Source: Octopus sinensis (Eukaryota). From it: DNA of 22,708 bases. Numbering within the stretch: position 1 is the stretch's first letter; the number at the start of each line of letters is the position of its first letter. Below the pieces are notes generated by a model. It did no database searches. It was not told the DNA's origin and worked only from the letters and a program-made list of their open reading frames with translations. Location of the stretch: positions 1 through 22,708 of the forward strand of contig NW_021836774.1 in the NCBI RefSeq assembly GCF_006345805.1. The letters are read 5' to 3'. This document shows, in pieces, positions 9,503 to 19,507 of this stretch. The position numbers and the translations under genes are program-made.

Positions 9503-9729
9503 CTCTTTTACTCTTTTACTTGTTTCAGTCATTTGACTGTGGCTATGCTGGAGCACCGTTTTAGTCGAGCAAATCGAGCCCAGGACTTATTCTTTGGAAG
9601 CCTAGATTTCTTTTGCCGAACCGCTAGGCTACGGGGACGTAAACACACCAGCATCTGTTGTCAAGCGATGTTGGGGGGACAGACACATAAGCATATACTC
9701 ACACATACATACATACATACATACATACA

Positions 9730-9761
<32 letters not shown>

Positions 9762-9802
9762 CATACATACATACACACACACATACACAAACACACACAT
9801 AC

Positions 9803-9860
<58 letters not shown>

Positions 9861-10008
9861 CGACGGGATTCTTTCAGTTTCCGTCTACCAAATCCACTCA
9901 CAAGGCTTTGGTCGGCCCGAGGCTATAGTAGAAGAGAGTTGCCCAAAGTACCACGCAGTGGGACTGAACCCGGTTGGTAAGCAAGTTACTTACCACACAG
10001 CCATTCCT
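9503..10008 (-). mobile_element. tRNA-derived SINE family A with expanded internal (CATA)n/(TA)n tract
   Basis: High similarity to 5247-5658 in both halves. The internal microsatellite is about 170 bp here versus about 60 bp. Confidence 0.92.
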
Positions 10009-10046
10009 AAGCTGTTAATTTTAGCTGATCGAAAGACAACCTAGAG

Positions 10047-10180
10047 CAGTCATGGGCAAAAATGCGGCCCGCGAGCAATTCTGAATGGCACACTTGAACG
10101 AAAAACTGACCATCATTTTTCTTTTAATAATGCGGCCCAACTAATGCAGTCCGTTTCTCGATAAAGGTTACCCAAGCATG
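10047..10180. mobile_element. Short hAT MITE (134 bp)
   Basis: TIRs CAGTCATGGGCAA vs CATGCTTGGGTAA (9/13). The 8-bp flanks ACCTAGAG and GCCTAGAA match at 6/8. Internal ATGCGGCCC occurs twice. Confidence 0.75.
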
Positions 10181-10254
10181 GCCTAGAAGCTTCCTTGTAC
10201 AGCGTTTGTCGTAGTGGACTGCTAAAGTTGTGATGGCCACGGTCATTACCATAA

Positions 10255-10831
10255 CATTAAGGCGGCGGTGGTGACGGTGGTAATGGCGGCGGTGATAATA
10301 GTTATGATACAGTTAGTAGTGTTTATGTTGTTAGATGGTAGTGGTGGTAGTGATAGTGGTAGCAGTGGTGGTTATGGTATAGACGACAATGATGTTGTTG
10401 GTGGCGAGGATTGTAGTGTTGGTAGTGATAGTGGTAGCAGTGGTGGTTATGGTACAGATGACAATGATGTTGGTGGTGGTGATGGAGGTGGTGTTGGTGG
10501 TGGTGTTGGTGATGGTATTGATGGTGGTGGTGGCGAGGATGGTAGTGGTGGGGATGATAGTGGTGGGGATGATAGTGGTAGCATTGGTGGTTATGGTATA
10601 GACGATAATGATATTGGTGGTGGTACTAATAGTAGCAGTAATATTGGTGGTGATGGTGATGGTGGTGTGCTTGATGACTACAAAATTCTTTGTCTCGTCA
10701 CTAACTTAGCCAATCGTCAGCGAAGATTTTGTGGTTGTTCTAGTCCTACACCGCCACCACCATTAACGCTAGTGCCCTCTACACCACCACCACCACCACC
10801 ACCATCACCACCACCATCACCACCTTCATCG

Positions 10832-10891
<60 letters not shown>

Positions 10892-11722
10892 CATCATCAT
10901 TATCGTCAACATCAATGCCAGCATCAATAGCACCACTACCACCACATCCACCGTCTGCACCACTCCCCATCATAATTACCAGTTGCACAACCACCACCAC
11001 TAGTACTACCACCACCACCACCACCACCATCACACCACCACCATCATCACCATCATCTCAACCACAACCATCAGCATCATCACCACCACAACCACCATCA
11101 TCATCATCATCGTTATCGTTACCACCACCACCACCACCACCACCATCACTGCCGCCACCACCACCACCGCCACCGCCACGACGACGAAGACCACCACGAA
11201 CACCACGTCCACCGCCACCACCATCATCACTGCCACCGCCGCCGCCGCCGCCGCCACCACCACCACCACCACCACCATCATCATCACTGTCGCCGCCACC
11301 ACCACCACCACCACCACCACCACCACTACCACTGCCACCACCACCACCACCATCATCACCTCCACCACCTCCACTCCCCATTCATCATCATCATCACCGT
11401 CATCAACACCACCAGTACGGAGTACACCACAACCACAACCACACCCACCACTACCACCGTCAACAACAACAAAACAATGATGATGACTGTACAAACTGCC
11501 TAAATTTGTTGATTACTAATCTTGTTGCTGATAATGTTGTTGTTGCTATTTTTTTTTATTGATGCTGAAATTTTTCCGCTGTTGCTATTGTTGTTGTTAT
11601 TGGTAGTGGTGGTGGTGGTGGTGGTGGTGGTGGTGGTGATGATGCAGTTGTTGTTGTAATTGTTGTTATTGTTGTAGTGGATGTAGACGTTGTTATTGCG
11701 GTTGCGTTTGTTGTTGTTGTTT
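10255..11722. repeat. Triplet low-complexity field: GGT-rich (10255-10675), ACC/ATC-rich (10745-11490), GTT-rich (11520-11722)
   Basis: Direct reading. Confidence 0.95.
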
Positions 11723-11875
11723 AACCCCAGGTCAACTCTCATCCACTCGTACGTAAGTAGCAATGGGTTACCCTGACACATAGATCGTTGTTCGGCCGCA
11801 AAGTCGAGATTCGATCCACAGAAAGCAGCACCCCAGTTTATACTTGGCCTCCTTCAGGGTGGCACCCCACCCCAA

Positions 11876-11899
11876 GACACACACACACACGCACACGCG

Positions 11900-11931
<32 letters not shown>

Positions 11932-11950
11932 CACACATACACACACACCG
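11876..11950. repeat. (CA)n microsatellite
   Basis: Direct reading. Confidence 0.95.
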
Positions 11951-12125
11951 ACATACAATGATGAATCACGTATAACGTGATGGTGCATTGCTGCAGTCTG
12001 GGCGTATTGCACTTTGTCCACTTTGTAGAGAGCATCAATGCTTTCCTTGTTGTTAACGTGGTTGTTGTAGCTGTTGTTTGTGTTATTGCGGTTACTGACA
12101 ATGGCAGTTATGTAACGGGTGAGTA

Positions 12126-12470
12126 GCGAAGGAACGTCGCTTAGTGGTTAGGGTGTTGGATTCAAGACCGTAAGATTGTGGTTTCGATTCCTGGACCGGG
12201 CGATGTTCCAATCCATTCAGCGGGCAAAAATGAGTCATCCTACGATGGACTAGCGTCCCATCCAGGTGCAGATTTTAAACGCCAAGGAAACCAGGAGATC
12301 GACGCGTCGTGTTCTTAAGCAAGACACTTCATTTCACGTTGCTCCAGTCCACTCAGCTGGCAAAAATGAGTAATTCTGCGACGGATTGGCGTCCCGTCCA
12401 GGGGGAGAATATATATATGCACTTCAGAAACCGGGGAATTGCCCCTATGAACCCTATGAGCCCGTATGAT
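12126..12470 (+). mobile_element. tRNA-derived SINE family D with an internal partial copy of itself
   Basis: Head CGCTTAGTGGTTAGGGTG...GGTTTCGATTCC. The body TTCTTAAGCAAGACACTT...GCTCCAGTCCACTCAG is CORE-like and CTGCGACGGATTGGCGTCCCGTCCAGGG is V-domain-like. Segment 12206-12266 duplicates 12342-12402. Confidence 0.8.
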
Positions 12471-12475
12471 CCTTT

Positions 12476-12682
12476 CTACTATAGGCACAAGGTCTGAATT
12501 CTTGTGAGGAGGGGGCTAGTCGATTACATCGACCCAGTACTTTATGATACTTGTTTTACCGACCTCGAAAGGATGGAAGACAAAGTCGGCCTCGGCAGAA
12601 CTTGAACTCTGAACGAAAGACGGAAGAAATGCTGCTAGGCATTTTGTCCGGCGTGCTAACGATTCTGCCAGAGCACCGTTTT
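12476..12682 (-). mobile_element. tRNA-derived SINE family B, copy 2
   Basis: Colinear with 3411-3623. B box GAGTTCAAGTTC on the minus strand. Confidence 0.8.
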
Positions 12683-12769
12683 ACACAGCATGTAATTACG
12701 GTAATGTGGCGGAAGTGAAAATTTTCACACATGTGAGGATCGAAAACGCGCCGAAAGCTTCGTAGGGTT

Positions 12770-13185
12770 TCTTTGTATCGTCTGTTTGTTTCAGTCATTG
12801 GACGGCGGCCATACTGGGGCATCATCTTGAAGAATTTTTAATCGAATCAAATATAGTACTAATTTTTTTAAAGACTAGTACCTATTCTAAAGGTTTTTCT
12901 GGAGAACCGCTAAGTTAAGGTGACATAATCAAACAAACACCGGTTGTCAAACAGTTGGTGGGGGTCGGGGGGATAACACAAGCACAAATACACATGGAGT
13001 CATATACACACACATATATATGTATGACAGGCTTCCATACAGTTTCCGTTTACCAAATTCACTCTCAAGACATTGGTCGGGCCGGTGCTACAGAAGAAGA
13101 CACTTGCCCATGATTCCGTGCAGTGGAATCGAACCTGAAACTACATAGTTGTAAAATCGAGATTCTTGACCACACAGCCAGGCCG
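12770..13185 (-). mobile_element. Diverged family A SINE
   Basis: Retains TTGTTTCAGTCATT, GAACCGCTAAG, GTTGTCAA, CAGTTTCCGT.TACCAAA, GAAGACACTTGCCC and CCACACAGCCA in the same order as 5247-5658. Confidence 0.8.
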
Positions 13186-13339
13186 GCGGCTAGTTCAAAG
13201 TTTCATCTTTATATTAGTGAAGAATTGGTAAGACTGAGTGGTGTTGAGTTTAGGAAAATGGAGGGTGGGTGGAAAGGTAAGAAGAGTGCTCCAGCATGGT
13301 CAGAGACTGCGGTTAAAAGTTAGGAAAAGGATAAGACAG

Positions 13340-14450
13340 GTTTCTGTTGTATCATCACAACTTCCACCACCACCACCACCACCAACAACTCGCCACCACC
13401 ACCAACACCACTACCAACGCCACCACCACCACTGCCGCCGCCGCCGCCGCCGCCGTCGCCGCCGCCGCCGTCGCCGCCGCCGCCGTCGCCAACATCACGA
13501 TCATTATCATTGCAACGACCATCATCATCATTATCATCACCGCCAACAACACAATCGTCGTGTGTCGTCATCGTCATCATTAACATCGTCGTCGTCGCTG
13601 CCGCCGTCGTCGTAGTCATCGTAATCCTCGTTGTCCTCATCGTCATCGTCGTCGTCGTAGTCGATGCCGAGATCATCAACATCATGATCAATATCACCAT
13701 CATCATCATCATCATCGCCGTTATTATCACATCGTCATCGTCGTCGTTGTCGTTACCGCCTCCTCCTCCACCTCCTCCTCCTCGTCGTCGTCGTCCTCGT
13801 CATCATCATCATCGTCGTCGTGGTCGTTTATCATCATCATCATCATCAACGTTGTCGTCGCCGTTTATCATCACCATCGTCGTCGACTTTGCCGTTGTCG
13901 TCGTCGTCGTCGTCATCATCATCACCATCAGCAGCAGCAGCATCCTTATACCCATCTTCATCATCAACCTCGTCATCATCATCGTTGTCGTCGTCGTTGT
14001 CATTGTCGTCGTCATCATCAACATGCTCCTCATCATCATCATCCACATCATCATCGTTGTCATCGTCGTTGTCATCGTCATCATCAACATCATCATCCAC
14101 ATCATCATCATCATTGTCGTTGTTGTCATCATCGTCGTCATCATCAACATCAACATCATCCTCATCCTCATCATCATCCACATCATCATCATCGTTGTCA
14201 TCGTCGTTGTCATCGTCATCATCGTTGTCATCGTCATCATCGTTGTCATCGTCATCATCAACATCATCATCCACATCATCATCATCATCATCGTCGTCAT
14301 CATCAACATCAACATCAACATCAACATCATCCTCATCATCATCCACATCATCATCATCGTCATCATCGTCGTCGTCATCATCATCATCAACATCAACATC
14401 ATCAGCATCACCCTCATCATCATCATCATCCACATCATCATCGCCGTCGT
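13340..14450. repeat. CAT/CGT/CAC/CGC trinucleotide field
   Basis: Direct reading. All six frames give homopolymeric ORFs. Confidence 0.95.
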
Positions 14451-14699
14451 CGTTCGTTCTCCTCGTAACGGACGTTGTCCTCATAAAAAGCTCCACAACC
14501 ACCGAGAAAGCCTCTGTCACCCGACCTACTCTACTGTACCCTACCCTACCCTCCACCCTAGCACCACCCCCGGGGCAGACATTACCAACACGACACGTGC
14601 TTCTGACAGATCGTCACGTCACACACACGTGCTTATGACGTCACGACACAACACAAACAGTGTGATGTTGAGGAAGCACTGAGGCACCTCGTTCGTTTT

Positions 14700-14977
14700 G
14701 CATCTCACCTCTTCTCTCCATCTCTCTCCTTCGTTCTCCCTCTCTCTCTTCCCCTGCCTTTCATTCTCTCTCTCCCTCATTCCTGATACTATATACCTCA
14801 TCCTCTCCCTCTTTCTCTCTTCTTGTTTTTTTTTTTCTGTCTGTCACTCTCTATATTTTTCGCTACTTTTCAGTCTATCCTCTCTCTCTCTCTCTCTCCC
14901 TCTCTCACTCATTCACTTCCTTCCTGCTTTCCCTCTCTCTATTTACTACTGTTTATTTCGTTCTCTCTAAATTTCTT

Positions 14978-15024
<47 letters not shown>

Positions 15025-15633
15025 TCCTGGCTTTCAGTCTATTTGTTTGTATGTCTGACTGTCAATCAGTTTCTCTCTCTCTCTCTCTCGATCACTCTCT
15101 CTCTTTCTCACTCCTTCGCTCTCAATCTCCCCACCTCTCTCTCTCTTCTCTGCTATACACTTCATCTCTCATTTCTTTCCTGCTTTTCACACTATATGTG
15201 CGACTATTTACCTAATCCTCGCTCGGTCTTTCCCTGTCTCTCTCTGTCTCTCTCTGTCCCTCAGTCTCTCTCTCTCTCCTTTCTCTCTCTCACATCCTGA
15301 CTTTCAGTCTATTTGCTTGTTTGTCTGCCTGTCTGTTTGTCAACTAGTCTCTCTCTCTCGCGTTCTCGCTCTCTTCGCTACTATATACTTCATCCACTCT
15401 CTCTCTCTCTCTCTCCTCTCTCTCCATCTCTCTCTCTCTCTCCATCTCTCTCTCTCTCTCTCTCTCCATCTCTCTCTCTCTCTCCATCTCTCTCTCTTTC
15501 TCTCCATCTCTCTCTCTCTCATTTCTTTCCTGTCTTTCACACTTTCTGTACGACTATTTACCACATTTTCCCTCTCTCCATCTCGCTCTCTCTCTCTCTC
15601 TTCCTGACATTCCATCTCTCCCTGACGCTCCGT

Positions 15634-15681
<48 letters not shown>

Positions 15682-16055
15682 CTCTTTATCTCCTCGTGGC
15701 TTTCTATCTGTCTTCACTCTCTCTCTCTCTCTCTCTCTCTATTCGCACATGTGTACTTCATCCTCTCTCTCTCACTCTCTTTTTCATGAAGCTTTCACCC
15801 TCATTATATTTCTCCCTCTCTTTTCCACTCTCTTTCTTTCCCTCCTTTCGACCTTCATTCACTTTTAGACTCTATAAACTCTCTACCTCCCTCTCTTTCT
15901 CTCTCCCCCTCTCTCTTCCCTCGCCCCTCTCTGTATTCTTAGCATTCATTCTCTAACTTCTATTCACTCCCTCTCAAACTATCTCTCTGTTTCCCCCTCT
16001 CTCTCTTCCTCCCTCTTCCCTCTTCTATTAGTTTTTGTTCATCTCTCACATTCTC
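14700..16055. repeat. CT-rich polypyrimidine field with internal duplicated blocks
   Basis: (CT)n, (CTAT)n and (CTCCAT)n runs. Repeated non-microsatellite motifs at 15027/15296 and 15167/15517. Confidence 0.92.
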
Positions 16056-16225
16056 TATCCGGGTTTGTAAACAAATAGCCAAATATCTTTTAAGTCCGTA
16101 TCATTGTCTTACATCATTATCCGGGTAAATATCGACAAAGATATTTACTGGGATGTTTATCAATGAATCTTTACCGAACAAAAAACAAAATTGAAGCTGA
16201 ATATGTAAACAGATATATAGCAAAA

Positions 16226-16228
<3 letters not shown>

Positions 16229-16287
<59 letters not shown>

Positions 16288-16290
16288 ATG
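16229..16290. repeat. (CA)n microsatellite
   Basis: Direct reading. Confidence 0.95.
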
Positions 16291-16582
16291 TATATGTCTA
16301 TGTATACGCAAATGTCGAACGATGAAAATGAGTGCTCAACACTGGATGTAGTTTATTTTTGAACCGAATTCGGATGTAGAGGGTTTGTCGGACACGGTGT
16401 GAGACAACTGTTGTTATCGTTAAGCCTAACTCAACGTAAAGTAAATACCGCCATGACCGATATCCAAACTACAGTGGAAAAGGCTAGCCATTGGATTTGA
16501 TTAAAAAAGAGACGATGAGCGATGACTAGAGAATATTGAGCTATATTTAATAACCAGTTGATCTAGCAAGCAGGACCTCATA

Positions 16583-16771
16583 TCAGTGAGGGGAGAGGGC
16601 CGGTGCGCATTGATGCCGTCGAGTGGTAGGCCCCGAAACGGCGCGCATTCTCTCCTGATGACCCCATACACTTGCTGCTTCTGGTATGCGGATTCTCGAC
16701 TTGTAGCACTTGCATGTGCAAGTTGTTTGCAAGACATCTTTATTTCTGAAATAAGGCTCACCGTTGGATTC
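16583..16771 (-). other. Candidate exon (unverified)
   Basis: Strong acceptor TTTTCCTGCTTTTCTTAACAG|G, CpG-rich unique sequence, 62 open codons to TGA, and AATAAA on the minus strand at 16357-16352. No recognised protein homology. Confidence 0.25.
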
Positions 16772-16868
16772 CTGTTAAGAAAAGCAGGAAAATATCTTAG
16801 TGTTTTAACAATTTTTTCAAGCCTGTCACAAGGAGAAAAGTGTTCAACTTCCATTTTGGAACACACCA

Positions 16869-16870
16869 TA

Positions 16871-16915
<45 letters not shown>
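16869..16915. repeat. (TA)n microsatellite
   Basis: Direct reading. Confidence 0.95.
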
Positions 16916-16916
<1 letters not shown>

Positions 16917-17593
16917 TTTGCAATTTCTGCTACAAGAAATCAATTAAGTCTATACTGGCAAGAAAGTTCTTAAAAATTACCATTTTGGTATGTTGTTTTT
17001 ATCAAAATGTGGTTTCCAAATTTCTTTTATTATTAAGGATTTCAGCTACACGATTCAAACAAATTTTGATTTTAATTGACTGCGAGATAACTTTTTTAAC
17101 ATCCTACTCCGTTCTCTTTCTCTCTTTCCATATCTTTGTTTACTGCCTCTAAACTATTAGTCTTTCACTTCCTCTATCCTTATAACTTTCCGTCTCGCCC
17201 TTATCCTCAGTTTCTTACATGTAACTCTGTCCCCCATCTTTCTCTCTCACAGTTGCCGCTAGTCAGCGGCTTCCATTAAAAACAAGCGAATACAATTTTT
17301 TTATGGGAGTTTGTGGAATAATTTGAGAATATTTGTGACAATGTTTAGATCACATCTTTTTATCATCTCAAAATTACTAAAATTCTTTATTTCAAGTTTC
17401 ATTCCGTTATACACACGGAGAGGGAGCGCTAAGCAGCGATATATATAAATGCAATATTATTACCACTCTAAATATGTTTGAGGCACGTTTCGAACTGGAG
17501 AACAAGCCATTCACTGTGTTTTGTCATGGAGAAAATTTCTCGCGGTAGACAAATGGTGTAAATACACCTAGATCAGTTTGCAGCGCCACCTAC

Positions 17594-17670
17594 CTGGACT
17601 GCGAGATGCCAGCATTTCGGAGTAGTTGTCTCCTCTTCAGTCACAAACACCAGGCAGTTGATGCTGCGAA
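17594..17670 (-). other. Candidate 77-nt internal exon (unverified)
   Basis: Acceptor TCTCTTTGATCAG|, donor CAG|GTAGGT, one open frame RSINCLVFVTEEETTTPKCWHLAVQ. Confidence 0.25.
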
Positions 17671-18834
17671 CTGATCAAAGAGATTGCTTCTCTTATACTA
17701 CTTCATTCACCGTACAATGGCCGGAAATACTTTAGGTTAAGTTCTGAGGCAACGTCGTAGACTTAGCGTTCATTGTTAGTTAATATAATTATTTCGTTTA
17801 GCATATTGATTACAAAACAATAGTGCAATGCACATACTGCATTATATGTTTTTCAATTCAACATATACTATCAAAAGACCTCCTGAAGGACCTGAAGCAG
17901 ACCTAGTTTAGAGAGGGCATGAATGGTGACGAAAGGACTTTCACAAATCTAGCTGATTGAACTATTAGTTCAACGAACGATTAATCAAACAGTCGGTTAG
18001 TTAATTTGTTAAATGCTTAATTAATGGATTAACAATAATTATATATATTAGCAGACGTTCTCTCGACATCGTTCACACGCACCTGACTCGGGGTCAGAAG
18101 TTACAGCACGGGTTGTTATCTATAATCATAAAAATGAAAAGTAATTCAAATTCAATGTTTTCTTGAAACAATAAATTTCTGTAGAGATAAGGGTTTAAAG
18201 TCCAATCTATGAAAAATTTCCGTTCTATAATATTCTTAAAGGAACGAAAAATCATCTAGCAACTCGTGCTAATACGAACGAGCCTGGTATGTGTGCCAGA
18301 CTAAATGGTGTCTCTTGTCAAGAGTACAAGCAACAGTCAGATCACTGATGTTTGTTGTGCACCCCGCTGTCGTTATTTGATTGCTATTAAACAGTGCATC
18401 TGTGTGTAAAGATCAGTTGTATTTTGCAGGGTTACTTTATTTTTACCCTTAACTTAGAAATGGAGAAAGACATTGTGCTAGATATAAAAAAAATAAGCCA
18501 TTTGGGGTGAGAAATAAAGCGGAAAATCATGAAATTCTTCGAGCAGGCATTTGTCTTATGCAAAATCTGTTATGAGCCCAAGTGATGCTGACGACCTGGT
18601 GTCGCCTCATATATAAAAGTAAGCAAAGTTAGCGGTTGTAGTAACCGACTAAGGGATAAAAGTATCCGTATATACTATCGTTATCAATTACCTGTGTTAT
18701 CCCTGGGCATGGGTATGCAGGCACAGTATGCTCATAGGGTACATGTAATAACAGAATAAACAAAAATTTATCAGGAATCAAATTTAGATAATCAGAAAAT
18801 GGAGAAAACTTTTGATTAACAAACAAACAAATTG

Positions 18835-19358
18835 GACCACATCGGTAGAATAATTTTTAATACAAAACATGACATAACATTTCTATGACATAATATTTCT
18901 TACGGCCGTTTCCGCTTCCAATATTAGTCGTTGCTTGCAAAAGAATTTTGATAATATATTTGTCATCCTCATAGCACATTCGATCTAGTACATGGAGCTT
19001 CATTAGAGTGAATACAAACGCATAAACTAAAATAAACGAAGGGAAGAGGGGATAAGAAAGAACAGGGCCTCGAGCAGAGGCCAGAAGGCTCAATATGTTA
19101 AAATGATACTATCTTGCAGCGTGGGGCTTCGAAGTCGATAGGCAAAAGTACCTTCTGGTCTTCTCAGTTCATTTATTTTATTTTACGCATTTGTATTCAC
19201 TTTGACGAAGCTCGATGTACTAGGTCGAATGTGCTATGAGGATGACGAATATTATTTTCGAAGTTCTTCCGTAAGCACCGACAAGTATTGGAAGCGGAAA
19301 CGGCCGTAAGAAATGTTATGTCATGCTTTGTATTAAAAAATAATCTACCGATGTGGTC
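18835..19358. mobile_element. Fold-back (long inverted repeat) MITE-like element, 524 bp
   Basis: 18835-19040 is the reverse complement of 19168-19358 (roughly 85% by eye), with inner CCAGAAGG/CCTTCTGG. The left arm carries a 16-bp tandem duplication (18869-18900). TSD and superfamily are unresolved. Confidence 0.85.
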
Positions 19359-19371
19359 TTAGGAAAAGTGA

Positions 19372-19507
19372 AGGGCTTAGGAAAAATGAAGGACCTTTGC
19401 AATAAGTGTGTGAATCTGAGAGGGAAATATGTTGGATAGAATCCTAATTAACTGATCCTCATGTATTTTCTTTTGCCCAAAGCCAGGAACTTTTCAGCAC
19501 CTTCTCG
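19372..19507 (-). mobile_element. Truncated mariner-type MITE
   Basis: TIR AAAGCCAGGAACTTTTCAGCACCTTCTCG followed by TA. It is the reverse complement of 20397-20490. Confidence 0.85.

Noticed and set aside
10268-10930. Gly/Asp/Ser-rich ORF with GGYG motifs recalling cephalopod structural proteins
   Set aside because: GGYG arises trivially from GGT repeats with a TAT. No signal peptide or splice evidence. Kept only as a low-interest note on the 75-bp unit.
6476-15956. Dozens of long ORFs (up to 390 aa) with poly-Asp, His, Val, Met, Ser, Pro, Gly or Ile
   Set aside because: They are translations of triplet and dinucleotide repeats that lack stops in several frames on both strands at once. No domain content.
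16631-16666. GAAAC followed by CTGATGA, suggesting a type II hammerhead
   Set aside because: Would-be stem II strands are CCCC and CCCC (not complementary), and there is no stem III or UH triplet.
16501-16923. 140-aa minus-strand and 109-aa plus-strand ORFs as standalone genes
   Set aside because: Both run into the (TA)n tract and show no recognisable domain. Treated only as part of a candidate exon.
17225-17275. Plus-strand acceptor CTTTCTCTCTCACAG followed by hairpin GCCGCT-AGTC-AGCGGC
   Set aside because: Frames close quickly, no nearby donor, and a 6-bp stem is expected by chance.
18588-18594. CTGACGA hammerhead core word
   Set aside because: No stem II or GAAA follows.
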